Positions 17,941 through 26,864 of a stretch of DNA of 32,000 nt are shown in pieces. How positions within the stretch are numbered: position 1 is the stretch's first letter; each line of letters begins with the position of its first letter. The DNA comes from Desulfocapsa sulfexigens DSM 10523 (GTDB lineage Bacteria > Desulfobacterota > Desulfobulbia > Desulfobulbales > Desulfocapsaceae), in NCBI RefSeq assembly GCF_000341395.1, contig NC_020304.1, positions 2,160,001-2,192,000 of the forward strand, read 5' to 3'. The notes beneath the pieces are model-generated. The model had not been told where the DNA came from, did not search any database, and worked only from the letters and a program-made list of their open reading frames with translations. The position numbers were made by a program, and so were the translations under genes.

Positions 17941-19233
17941 TTATACTCTTTCGTGGAGTGGAATAAAATCTCGTTGTTTTGGACCATCGTATACCTGGCG
18001 AGGTCTTCCGATTCGTAAATTTTTGGTATCCAGCATCATTTCTCTCCAGTGGGAAATCCAACCGGGAAGTCTGCCCATGGCAAACATTACCGTGAACATA
18101 TTCGTTGGAATGCCCATGGCTCGATAGATAATACCGGAGTAAAAATCGACGTTGGGATACAGATTGCGACTGATGAAATAATCATCATTTCTAGCGATGT
18201 CCTCAAGCTCCATGGCAATATCCAGGAGCGGGTCATCGACGTTCAGGGCTTTCAGGGTTTTGGCACAGGCGCGTTTGATGATGGTGGCCCGTGGGTCAAA
18301 TGTTTTGTAGACGCGATGGCCAAAGCCAGTGAGGCGGAATGGATCGTTGGGATCCTTAGCCTTTTTGATGTATTTCTCAAAATCATTATTGTCGCGATGG
18401 ATCGCCATAAGCATTTCAACTACAGCCTGGTTGGCTCCTCCGTGCAAGGGGCCCCACAATGCGCTGATACCGGCAGAGATAGAAGTGTATAGGTTTACTC
18501 CGGCACTGCCGACGAGGCGTACCGTTGATGTTGAACAGTTCTGCTCATGGTCCGCATGGAGTATGAGCAGTTTGTTGAGGGTGGCAACCACTTCCGGGTG
18601 AACCACATAGGGTTTTACCGGCTTGTCGAACATCATATTGAGGAAGTTTCCGCAATAGGAGAGATCGTAGCGGGGATAAACCAGTGGGTGACCAACGGAT
18701 TTCTTATAGGAAAATGCGGCAATGGTCCTGATTTTAGAAAGGATTCTTGCTGCAATCTCAGGAAGTTCTTCTTCGCTTTCACTGGTCATTTCAGGATAGT
18801 AATTCTGGAGCGTGTTGACCATGTTGGAAAGGATGGCCATCGGAGGTGCGTTGGGAGGAAAATGATCAAAAAAGTGAATCATGTCTTCGTGGATCAGGGC
18901 GTAACGAGATAGAAGTTCCCGGAAGTCATTCAGCTGTTTCTGAGTGGGAAGTTCTCCTATGAGTAGAAGGTAGGCCACTTCCACAAAGGAGCAGTTTTCA
19001 GCAAGAGTTTCTATCTCGTAGCCGCGGTAATTGAGAATACCTTTTTCACCGTCAAGAAAGGTAATCTGTGAGTTACAGGAACCTGTGTTCATGTAGCCGG
19101 AATCCAAGGTGATGTATCCGGTTGTGCCACGTAGTTTGCGGATGTCGATGGCTTTGTCGCCCTCGGTTCCGAGGACGATTGGGAATTCGTAGCTTTTACC
19201 GTCTATGGTCAATGTTGCATGTTTTTCTGACAT
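17941..19233 (-). CDS. gltA: Citrate synthase (type II)
   Basis: 430 aa. Motifs include ILHADHEQNCSTSTVR, GPLHGGAN and GFGHRVYKTFDPRA. Confidence 0.95.
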   Translation of the reverse strand: MSEKHATLTIDGKSYEFPIVLGTEGDKAIDIRKLRGTTGYITLDSGYMNTGSCNSQITFLDGEKGILNYRGYEIETLAENCSFVEVAYLLLIGELPTQKQLNDFRELLSRYALIHEDMIHFFDHFPPNAPPMAILSNMVNTLQNYYPEMTSESEEELPEIAARILSKIRTIAAFSYKKSVGHPLVYPRYDLSYCGNFLNMMFDKPVKPYVVHPEVVATLNKLLILHADHEQNCSTSTVRLVGSAGVNLYTSISAGISALWGPLHGGANQAVVEMLMAIHRDNNDFEKYIKKAKDPNDPFRLTGFGHRVYKTFDPRATIIKRACAKTLKALNVDDPLLDIAMELEDIARNDDYFISRNLYPNVDFYSGIIYRAMGIPTNMFTVMFAMGRLPGWISHWREMMLDTKNLRIGRPRQVYDGPKQRDFIPLHERV

Positions 19234-19517
19234 CGTGTACCTATATTTCTATGCTCAAAGAGCGTATTACAGACTGGCGACTTTATGTCGCTTCTGGGAG
19301 ATGGAGTGCAGGAGCAAGGGGAAAAATATCAGTGCCCTAAAAAACTATGGCGTAATGCTGTGCTGATAGTTTTCTGATCAAGCAGAAGTCTGTCAAATGA
19401 TGGCAGAGGCTTTACTCCTGGAACGATAATGTAACAGAAGTTTGTTATAAAATCAAGATTTGGGACAATGTCCATAATATCTCTCTGGAGGACATGCTTG
19501 AGAGAGAAGGGAAACAT

Positions 19518-20234
19518 ATGATGCAGTCAGTACAAGGGGTTGTGAATCATCAGTTGTATGAGAGCCGGCTCAAGCAGTTTGAGGATGAGGTTGGGGTTTA
19601 TCCGGTGAGTTGTGAGCGACTCGCAGCCGGACGCAGTGACCTGGAATGGCTTGACCAGGTGATAGCCGGAGGAAGCAGGATAGTACAGCTTCGTGATAAG
19701 GATAGTTCGGATAGGGATCTTCTCGCAAAGGCTCGTTATTTCAGAAAAAAAACCAGTGAAGCCGGCGTGTTGTTTTTCTTGAACGATAGGCTTGATATTG
19801 CACTCCTTTCCGATGCCGATGGCATGCATGTCGGGCAGAAAGATTTGCCACCGTCAGAAATCCGAAAACTTGCCCCTGATATTTTAATCGGCTTCTCCTG
19901 TAATACTGAGGAACAGGTCAGGGTTCTGGGTGAGGAGGTGAAACGAGGAACAAGTGCTGTTTCTTATTATAATATCGGGCCTCTTTTTGAAACCGGAACA
20001 AAGGAGGGGTTACATCATTTTTTGGGGGCCGATGGGATTGGTAAATTTTCCCGGCATTGTAGTCTACCCTTCACTGTTATGGGTGGGATAAAACTGGGTC
20101 ACCTTGACGAGGTGCTCCGTGCCGGGGCAAGGCGAGTTGCAGTGGTGACGGCCCTCAGTGGCGCAGATGATATAGCTTTTGAGACAGCGCACTGGCAGCA
20201 GCGTGTTCTGTCCGGACGGAAAGAGAGTTGCTGA
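19518..20234 (+). CDS. thiE: Thiamine-phosphate synthase
   Basis: The ORF opens at 19494. ATG 19518 is preceded by GAAGGGAAA. Motifs include IVQLRDKD, FLNDRLDIAL, DGMHVGQKD and VMGGI. Confidence 0.85.
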   Translation: MMQSVQGVVNHQLYESRLKQFEDEVGVYPVSCERLAAGRSDLEWLDQVIAGGSRIVQLRDKDSSDRDLLAKARYFRKKTSEAGVLFFLNDRLDIALLSDADGMHVGQKDLPPSEIRKLAPDILIGFSCNTEEQVRVLGEEVKRGTSAVSYYNIGPLFETGTKEGLHHFLGADGIGKFSRHCSLPFTVMGGIKLGHLDEVLRAGARRVAVVTALSGADDIAFETAHWQQRVLSGRKESC

Positions 20235-20935
20235 TGTTACATACAAAGAAAGCGAAAGAAGTACTCAGGAGATTGCAAGAAGAAGTTGAAATACTGATTC
20301 CCTACGCCGTTCCAGGTGAAGACCTGGAAGTGGCCCTTGAATTTCTGCGAACTTTTAAGGATGATCAGTTCGCCCTGGGCGTGATAAAAGATTTTTACAG
20401 CATACTTCCAGAGGCACGTGAAGAGGCTCTGGTTAAGATTTCGGTGGTTGAAGAAAAAGAACGGGTTTTTCTGCTGCTACTCAGTACTTCCAGGCATCAT
20501 CACTTTTATTTAATTAACGATGAAGAAGGGGTTTTTCTCGGTGAATGGGAGCAGGGAATACTTGATGAGCATGTTCTTGCTTTTTTTGAGTACCGTAATG
20601 CTGAGTCCTTTAGAGAAGCAAACAGTTCCGTGGCCGCCTGCAGGGAGTACCGTCCTCTTGAGAGGATGAATGAAGAGATTTGTCCTTCCTGTGGAGTAAA
20701 GGCAGGTGGGCTTCATACCCTGGGGTGTCCGGTTGAGGTGTGTCCATGGTGCAGTGGGCAACTGAACTATTGTAATTGCCGTTTTGAGCAGCTGGGTGTG
20801 GAGGAGTTGAACGACGAAAAGGAATTGATGGAACTTGCAGAGAAGCTGGAAAGAAAAGGCAGGGTTCCCTACGCAAAGGAGCAGCGTCCAGCGTTTATAG
20901 CAGAGCCAGAGACAAAGGAGGTTATTTTCAAATAA
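20234..20935 (+). CDS. Hypothetical protein with a C-terminal Cys-rich (zinc-ribbon-like) cluster
   Basis: The ATG overlaps the thiE stop (TGATG). The ORF track lists it from 20228. The cysteine pattern is CPSCG-x8-GC-x4-CPWC-x6-CNC. I recognise no family. Confidence 0.6.
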   Translation: MLHTKKAKEVLRRLQEEVEILIPYAVPGEDLEVALEFLRTFKDDQFALGVIKDFYSILPEAREEALVKISVVEEKERVFLLLLSTSRHHHFYLINDEEGVFLGEWEQGILDEHVLAFFEYRNAESFREANSSVAACREYRPLERMNEEICPSCGVKAGGLHTLGCPVEVCPWCSGQLNYCNCRFEQLGVEELNDEKELMELAEKLERKGRVPYAKEQRPAFIAEPETKEVIFK

Positions 20936-20952
20936 CCTCCTTTGTCTTCTGT
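20915..20952. terminator. Strong hairpin spanning the stop codon of the Cys-rich gene, between convergent genes (putative bidirectional terminator)
   Basis: AAGGAGGTTATT-TTCA-AATAACCTCCTT (12-bp perfect stem) followed by TGTCTTCTGTT. Confidence 0.55.
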
Positions 20953-20980
20953 TGCTGTGCTTTATTGACTCAGTATCTAC

Positions 20981-21913
20981 CTATTTCTTACTGTCTATGT
21001 TTTGTAGATAATGAAAAAGGTCAGAATCAGCTGAGAGTATCAGGGAAGTGTTTTTGCCAACAACGTTTGAGTAACTTTGCAGGGTCTTGTAGAAAGAGAA
21101 AAAATCGGGATCCTGGCTGTAAATGTCACCATAGATTTTGGTGGCACTGGCGTCAGCCTTACCTTTGATTTCCGATGACTCTCTATTGGCTTCTGATAGA
21201 ATGACTTTCAGTTCCCGTTCCACCTTACCGAGAATCTCGGCCTTCTTTCCTTCACCTGTAGATCTTCTTTCTGCTGCAATTCGCTTTCGCTCAGAGATCA
21301 TCCGGTCGTATACTTTGAGGCGGACAGACTCGATATAATTGACACGTTTGAACATTACATCGAGTAGTTCAATGCCATATTGCGGCGTTACTTTTCCGGC
21401 GGCTTCAAGAATCTTATTAGTGATACCATCTCTACCAATTTTTGGAGGTCCCTGGCTATCCCTGGCATTTGTCATGGTGTCGAGCGACCAGTCTGAGCTG
21501 CGAATGATTTCAATGAGGTTGTTTTTGTTCACCATGTCACGGACGGTACCATCGATAATGTCGTCCAGCAGTGATTGAGCCCGGGCTTCCGTTTTTACTG
21601 CCTGCATGTACAGGAGGGCGTCGGTGATTCGCCATCGTGCCGTAACATCAAGATAAACATATGTTTTGTCATTGGTTGGGATCTGGTTGGGGTCGCCGTC
21701 CCAGATCTGAACCTTTTTGTCGAAATAATTCACTTCCTGAACAAAAGGCAGTTTGAGGTAAAATCCGGCCTCTGTTTTTGGCTTACCCACCGGGGCTCCG
21801 AACTGGGTAATCATGGCCTGCTGACCTTCTTCAACTATGTAAAATCCATCGTAGACCACGGCTATGCAGAGCAGTACCAGGCCGATAAGAAAAAATTGAG
21901 CTATCTGTTTCAT
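20981..21913 (-). CDS. hflC: FtsH protease modulator HflC (SPFH/band-7)
   Basis: 310 aa with an N-terminal TM anchor and an SPFH domain. It lies directly downstream of hflK with a 10-nt gap. Confidence 0.88.
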   Translation of the reverse strand: MKQIAQFFLIGLVLLCIAVVYDGFYIVEEGQQAMITQFGAPVGKPKTEAGFYLKLPFVQEVNYFDKKVQIWDGDPNQIPTNDKTYVYLDVTARWRITDALLYMQAVKTEARAQSLLDDIIDGTVRDMVNKNNLIEIIRSSDWSLDTMTNARDSQGPPKIGRDGITNKILEAAGKVTPQYGIELLDVMFKRVNYIESVRLKVYDRMISERKRIAAERRSTGEGKKAEILGKVERELKVILSEANRESSEIKGKADASATKIYGDIYSQDPDFFSFYKTLQSYSNVVGKNTSLILSADSDLFHYLQNIDSKK

Positions 21914-21923
21914 GACTGGTTCC

Positions 21924-23045
21924 TCACTGTTTAGCTGGCGGGATGGACACAGCAGAGCTGCTCCCCCTGCTGAGATTTAAAAGAGGCAGTGGGGTCTGCT
22001 GGTCTTTATTCATTATGTAGACTGACTCGACGCTGGGCATAACTTCCTGCATTGTTTCAAGGTACATTCGTCTTTTTGTAACTTCCGGGGCATTTTTGTA
22101 TTCCGTCAAAATAGAGAGGAAACGTTGAGATTCGCCCTTGGCGTTGTTGACTCTAGCCGCCGCATAACCGTGTGCTTCTTCGATAATTTGCAGAGCATTG
22201 CCTCGTGCCCGGGGGATCTTCTGATTGTAGATTTCCTCGGCCTCGTTTACGAGTCGTTTCATGTCCTGATCAGCCTCATTTACTTCATTGAAGGCTGGTT
22301 TTACCTGGTCTGGTGGATTGATATCCTGGAACTGCACTGTACCGATGGCTATACCTGCTTCAAGACTCTGCAGCTGTTTCTGGAGATCCTGCTTTACTTC
22401 TGCGGCCAGGAGATCCCGGTTTGATAGGACATAGTCAAAATCCATGTTTCCGACGATTCTCCGGGTTGCGCTTTCAGAGAGGTCGCGTACAGCCTGACGA
22501 ACGTCTTTTATCTGAAAGAGGTAGGCCTGTGGTTCTCTAACCCTGTACTGAACAATCCACGCCACATTGATAACGTTCTTGTCCGCCGTAAGCATCAGTG
22601 ATTCCATGTCGTAGCCTTTTCGTTCAAAGCTGGTTTTCTGCCCCGGGTAACGACTGCGAAACCCAAATTCTTCTTTTCGAATTTCTTCAACATCGACTTT
22701 ATAGAGATGGTCAATGTAGGGGAATTTGAAATGCAGTCCTGATTGGTCAGTCCGATAGTATTTGCCCAGGCGGAGGATAACACCCACCTCTGAAGGGTTG
22801 ATTTTGTAGAAGGATGAGTAGACACCCTGTAAAACCAGTACGATCAGAACGATGGCAAGGATTTTACCAATTGAGGAAAAAGGATTTGGCGGACTACTTT
22901 TTATTGGAGCTCCGTCCCCGGATGGTTTCTTGGGAGAGTCAGAAAAATAATCCTGAAGTTTTTTAATGAGTTGAGCCACCATCTCTTCAGGTGTCTGGGG
23001 CTTTTTCTTCTTTCCCCACGGTGGCTGTTGATCCTGGTTGGGCAT
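21924..23045 (-). CDS. hflK: FtsH protease modulator HflK (SPFH/band-7)
   Basis: 373 aa. The N-terminus is MPNQDQQPPWGKKKKP, typical of HflK. It has one TM segment and an SPFH domain, and it is paired with hflC. Confidence 0.88.
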   Translation of the reverse strand: MPNQDQQPPWGKKKKPQTPEEMVAQLIKKLQDYFSDSPKKPSGDGAPIKSSPPNPFSSIGKILAIVLIVLVLQGVYSSFYKINPSEVGVILRLGKYYRTDQSGLHFKFPYIDHLYKVDVEEIRKEEFGFRSRYPGQKTSFERKGYDMESLMLTADKNVINVAWIVQYRVREPQAYLFQIKDVRQAVRDLSESATRRIVGNMDFDYVLSNRDLLAAEVKQDLQKQLQSLEAGIAIGTVQFQDINPPDQVKPAFNEVNEADQDMKRLVNEAEEIYNQKIPRARGNALQIIEEAHGYAAARVNNAKGESQRFLSILTEYKNAPEVTKRRMYLETMQEVMPSVESVYIMNKDQQTPLPLLNLSRGSSSAVSIPPAKQ

Positions 23046-23195
23046 GAATTTTCTCCTAATTACAGGTTGGTTTCAGGTCGATGGTTAAATAATCTCTACT
23101 ACGTTAATTACTCTTCAGGGGAGTGCAACGTTTTATTTTAACTGAGTTGGTCAGATGGGATTTTGCGGATTGGATTCCGGGTTATTTGTTGTTGG

Positions 23196-24134
23196 TTATT
23201 TCCAGGCGCTGCTCCAGGCGATGAATATTGATGTGATGGAAATAGTAAAAAGTATAGTCTGCAGGGGGATAGAGTGACGCAGTCTCAAAACTGCAGGCCT
23301 GCAGAGAAGCCATCCGAAGGCAAGGCCACAGCAGAGACCAAAAAAATGTGCGCCAAGATCCGTTCGCTCTCCAGAGCTGCCGATCATTGCTAGAAGAGCG
23401 GCGCCGGCCATAAATGGAAGAATTTGCAGGTACCTTTTGGTTATTCTGTGGCTCCGGCTGATCATGGCAAGCATTCCAATGATTGCGAAGACGGCAGTGG
23501 AAAACCCAACAAAGAGATGGTTGCTGCCATGGAGTGCGACGTTGATGTAGTTAGCGATTGTCGCAGTAAGGAGCATGGAGAATAATCCGAGGCCATTGCC
23601 AGTAAGTTTACAGAAAAAATGAAAAAGAAATCCGCCAAACAGGCAGTTACCCAGAAGGTGGACTGCGTCTGCGTGAAGAGTGAGTGCCGTGAGGAGTCTG
23701 AAATATTGGTGGTTCTCTATAATTGCTTTGGCATCTCCTGACCCATATGTGAACCAGAGGGAGCTGCCGGACCAGGGACCCGTAACCGTGTATAACAACA
23801 TCAGGCTGCCAATGAGCAGCAGGGTTGGTGGCTGAAAGAGTGGAATGAAATCATCTGTGGTGGCAACGGGTCTGGAGGGCCAGTTTTTATTTTCGTTCAA
23901 ATATGCTTTTAGCTGCATATCCGCTTTGGCTGCATCCTTGGCGTCTACGCTAAGAATCAGGCTTTTAGGTGTTTCGGTGTACTGGTGGCTAATTCCAACG
24001 GCGGAGAGAGCCAGGGAACAGGAAAGTGCTTCATGTCTGTCATCCGTTGCAAAGACCACAGTGCTGTGTGTTCCAGCAGGGGGATTTTTCTGGAGATCTT
24101 TTGGGTCAGTTGGTTGTTGATTGTAGGGTGGCAT
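23196..24134 (-). CDS. Rhomboid-family intramembrane serine protease with a ~90-aa cytoplasmic N-terminal domain
   Basis: 312 aa. The HxxxN motif is present (HADAVHLLGNCLFG). The catalytic GxSxxxF is present (VGFSTAVFAIIG). A downstream His lies in GAHFFGLCCG. There are six or more TM segments. Confidence 0.85.
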   Translation of the reverse strand: MPPYNQQPTDPKDLQKNPPAGTHSTVVFATDDRHEALSCSLALSAVGISHQYTETPKSLILSVDAKDAAKADMQLKAYLNENKNWPSRPVATTDDFIPLFQPPTLLLIGSLMLLYTVTGPWSGSSLWFTYGSGDAKAIIENHQYFRLLTALTLHADAVHLLGNCLFGGFLFHFFCKLTGNGLGLFSMLLTATIANYINVALHGSNHLFVGFSTAVFAIIGMLAMISRSHRITKRYLQILPFMAGAALLAMIGSSGERTDLGAHFFGLCCGLAFGWLLCRPAVLRLRHSIPLQTILFTISITSIFIAWSSAWK

Positions 24135-24357
24135 GGGAAAAAGAAATAGTCACTGTCTCTCTGTTTGGCAAATACATCCTGTTCTGTGTTGCCGAAACCG
24201 TTCCAGTTGCTGGACGTTTCTTAATGGAACAAAATGAAACGACCCGTTGCGGTGTGTGTTTCGGTATGTTTCGTTGTGGGCGGGTGGTGTTTGGTGATGA
24301 AAAATAGTATTGGACTAACTTCTTGAAAGCATGCCATAATGTATGGTGTGGCAAAGG

Positions 24358-24374
24358 TGGCACGTTTTGTGCTT
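24358..24374 (+). promoter_or_regulatory. Sigma-54 (-24/-12) promoter
   Basis: TGGCACGTTTTGTGCTT compared with the consensus TGGCACG-N4-TTGCW. GG and GC have the canonical 12-nt register and only one core mismatch occurs (G for T at -14). It lies 74 nt upstream of ATG 24448. Confidence 0.7.
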
Positions 24375-24447
24375 AATGTAAACCAAGGGTGAAGTGATGC
24401 GGAGCGCAGCTCCATGGACACAATCCATCATAAAAAGGGAGCCAAAA

Positions 24448-25665
24448 ATGTCTTCAATTGCACTGTTTAATACAATTTTCGTAGAAGAGAAGAAGGTTAG
24501 GGAGCAACTTGCAGCTGCAACTGATTTTCGTGTTGTTCGGGATACTGATATAATAAGTGAAGTGTCTCAAAAATACGGCATCGGTGAAGACAAGGTGGAA
24601 CGGGCACTCTATGGCCCACCTTCAGTGTTTAATACATTCACCTTGGAACGCGAACGGATTACTGCTTATCTGAAGGTTGTGATGGCAGGTCATCTGAAAA
24701 CATCCGGAGTTATCTATTGCGGTAATATTGCCCTTCTTGTTCCCTCTGCTGTGACACATGTCCTGCGGGTTGGATTATTTGATAAGATGAGTAACCGTAT
24801 CCAACGTGCAGTGGGGGAAGGTGTAACAGAAAAGAATGCTGTTAAAGTAATAAAGAAAAATGATAGCAGTGCAGCCGGTTGGGCTGATTATCTTTATAAA
24901 AAGGAAATAACAAGTAACTCTCTGTACGATATTGTCGTTCCCATGGGGGAGAATTCTCCCGAGTCAGCGGTAAAACTGATCCTCGAGAATTATAATAAAC
25001 CAGCAGTTCTGGAGCAAGATGCTTCCCGTCAGGCTGTTAATGATATGGCAGTTGGTGCAAAGGTTGAGCTGGCGCTGGTCGAAAAAGGGTATACCACCGA
25101 AGTGAGAAGTACTGGTGGAGAAATTACTCTTTTAATAAATAAGAGTGTTTCTAATTTTCAAAGACTAGTCAATACCCTGACTGAGATAGCAGAAAGTGTT
25201 GAAGGTGTTGCTGCTGTTAAGGTTCTTCCCGGTCAGGACTACCATGTCTCAGTCTATCGGAGTCAGGAATTCACTCTTCCGCCCAAGGTGTTATTGGTTG
25301 ATGATGAACAGGAGTTTGTGCAGACCCTTTCTGATAGATTAAATACCCGTAACTACGGTTCATACCCTGTTTTTGATGGTGAGCAGGCTCTTGAGCTTTT
25401 GGTGAACGAGCTTCCTGATGTGATGGTTCTTGATCTGAAGATGCCAGGGATAGGGGGGGTTGATGTCCTTCGTAAAACCAAAGAATTTAATCCTGACATT
25501 AAGGTTATCATCCTTACCGGTCATGGCTCTGAGGAGGACAGAAAGGTATGTATGAAGCTTGGTGCTTATGCCTATCTGCATAAACCCGTCGATATTGCAC
25601 AGTTGACCGAAATCATTGACGAGGCACATGGGAAGGTTGCGGCGGCAAAAATGGCACACATATGA
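24448..25665 (+). CDS. Response regulator: cytidylate-kinase-like (P-loop-less) domain, BON-like domain, then a receiver domain
   Basis: The ORF opens at 24394. ATG 24448 has SD AAGGGAG. HVLRVGLFDKMSNRIQRAV...KKNDSSAAGWADYLYKK...SLYDIVVPMGENSPESAVKLIL follows the Cytidylate_kin2-type pattern, but the Gly-rich P-loop position reads NTIFVEEKK. AKVELALVEKGY..VRSTGGEITLLINKSV...IAESVEGVAAVKV is BON-like. The receiver has DD, D (VLDLKMPG), T (ILTGH) and K (LHKP). Confidence 0.7.
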   Translation: MSSIALFNTIFVEEKKVREQLAAATDFRVVRDTDIISEVSQKYGIGEDKVERALYGPPSVFNTFTLERERITAYLKVVMAGHLKTSGVIYCGNIALLVPSAVTHVLRVGLFDKMSNRIQRAVGEGVTEKNAVKVIKKNDSSAAGWADYLYKKEITSNSLYDIVVPMGENSPESAVKLILENYNKPAVLEQDASRQAVNDMAVGAKVELALVEKGYTTEVRSTGGEITLLINKSVSNFQRLVNTLTEIAESVEGVAAVKVLPGQDYHVSVYRSQEFTLPPKVLLVDDEQEFVQTLSDRLNTRNYGSYPVFDGEQALELLVNELPDVMVLDLKMPGIGGVDVLRKTKEFNPDIKVIILTGHGSEEDRKVCMKLGAYAYLHKPVDIAQLTEIIDEAHGKVAAAKMAHI

Positions 25666-25690
25666 TGATGTTTGGTAGAAAAAAACAATA

Positions 25691-26143
25691 ATGGAGAAGA
25701 ATATGAATAGTTTATTGGCAGCGAAGATCTTGCTTGTGGATGATGAGGAAGAGTTTATTGACCTTATGTCGCAGCGGCTTGAAACCAGGGGCCTCAAGGT
25801 GGAGGCGGTGTCAAGTGGAGAAGCTGCCGTGGCTGCGGTGGCAGATCATAGCTTCGATGTTGCCATAGTCGATCTGGCCATGCCTGGAATTGATGGCATT
25901 GAAACGTTGAAACAGATCAAGAATGAACGGCCGGATGTCGAGGTTATTATGCTTACCGGTCAGGCGACTGTCAAAAGTGGTATAGAGGCCATGAAGCATG
26001 GAGCCAGTGATTTTCTTGAAAAACCAGTCGATTTGAATGTTTTGATGGAGAAAATACGGGCGGCTAAGAGCGATCGAATGCGTTCTCTTAAAAGTAAGTC
26101 GGCTGAGGAGTTGAAAAACATTTTAAAGAGTAAAAGCTGGTAA
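25691..26143 (+). CDS. Single-domain (CheY-like) response regulator
   Basis: KILLVDDEEE, VAIVDLAMPG, MLTGQ and FLEKP give a complete phospho-acceptor set. ATG 25703 has the better SD (GGAG) and is an alternative start. Confidence 0.88.
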   Translation: MEKNMNSLLAAKILLVDDEEEFIDLMSQRLETRGLKVEAVSSGEAAVAAVADHSFDVAIVDLAMPGIDGIETLKQIKNERPDVEVIMLTGQATVKSGIEAMKHGASDFLEKPVDLNVLMEKIRAAKSDRMRSLKSKSAEELKNILKSKSW

Positions 26144-26298
26144 AAAACTGCCTCTTCCAAGAGGTGCAATCCCCTTAACTACCTGGATTTACGAGTGTGG
26201 GTGTAAGTCTTTGCCTGGAGAGGATTGGTGCGTCTCGGGTATGCAGTAATTAATTAGAATCTCGTTGCATTTAAAATATTGGAAAGGAGGAGAATATT

Positions 26299-26835
26299 GT
26301 GAACAGCAAAACTTCGATTATCAGGGATATTATCATACCCCTTGATCGTTATCCGCAACTGAATGAGAACCAGACACTTCAGGAGGCTATGGAAACATTC
26401 AGGTCTTTTCGGGCAGAGCAGCAGGATTGTGCCTGTTATAAAGGCATACTGGTTGTCAACGACAAGAATCAACTGGTTGGCAAGCTCTCTTTGATGGATA
26501 TCATGCATGGTCTGGTGCCACGCCTGGTGGACGCAACCAATGTGGACAAGTATGAAGGGAAGGGCAAGGATTCCGAGTTTCCTAATTTGTCATTTTTGTA
26601 TGAAGATAAAACGTTTTCCGGGTGCGGTAAAAATAAACAGAAGTCAATCAAGAGTCTCATGAAGGCTATTACCTTTTCACTTCCGGCTGACACCCACATG
26701 TTAAAAGCCCTGGTCATGATGGAACATCGAAAGGATTTTAATGTTCCGGTTACCGATAATGGAACAATTATCGGCATGCTGCGTCTAGAGGAAATCTTTA
26801 ATTCGATGTGCACAAGTTACTGTGATATTACATAA
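26299..26835 (+). CDS. CBS-pair domain protein
   Basis: 178 aa with a GTG start after a strong SD (GGAAAGGAGGAG). Two CBS-like repeats are present (...GILVVNDKNQLVGKLSLMDIM... and ...NVPVTDNGTIIGMLRLEEIF...). Confidence 0.75.
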   Translation: MNSKTSIIRDIIIPLDRYPQLNENQTLQEAMETFRSFRAEQQDCACYKGILVVNDKNQLVGKLSLMDIMHGLVPRLVDATNVDKYEGKGKDSEFPNLSFLYEDKTFSGCGKNKQKSIKSLMKAITFSLPADTHMLKALVMMEHRKDFNVPVTDNGTIIGMLRLEEIFNSMCTSYCDIT

Positions 26836-26864
26836 ATTAAACAAAAACATACGAGGATATACTA

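Noticed and set aside
19234-19517. Expected a TPP riboswitch upstream of thiE.
   Set aside because: I could not find the conserved CUGAGA and ACCUGAUCUGGAUAAUGCCAGCG-type cores on either strand. Only minor palindromes are present, such as GGACAATGTCC. A covariance-model scan would be the definitive check.
24394-24447. The upstream start (MMRSAAPWTQSIIKREPK) for the first receiver protein.
   Set aside because: It would begin only 20 nt after the sigma-54 promoter element and has no SD. ATG 24448 is preceded by AAGGGAG.
26153-26166. The hairpin CCTCTT-CC-AAGAGG after the second receiver gene, considered as a terminator.
   Set aside because: The stem is short (5-6 bp) with a minimal loop and no following U-tract. 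It is not convincing as an intrinsic terminator.
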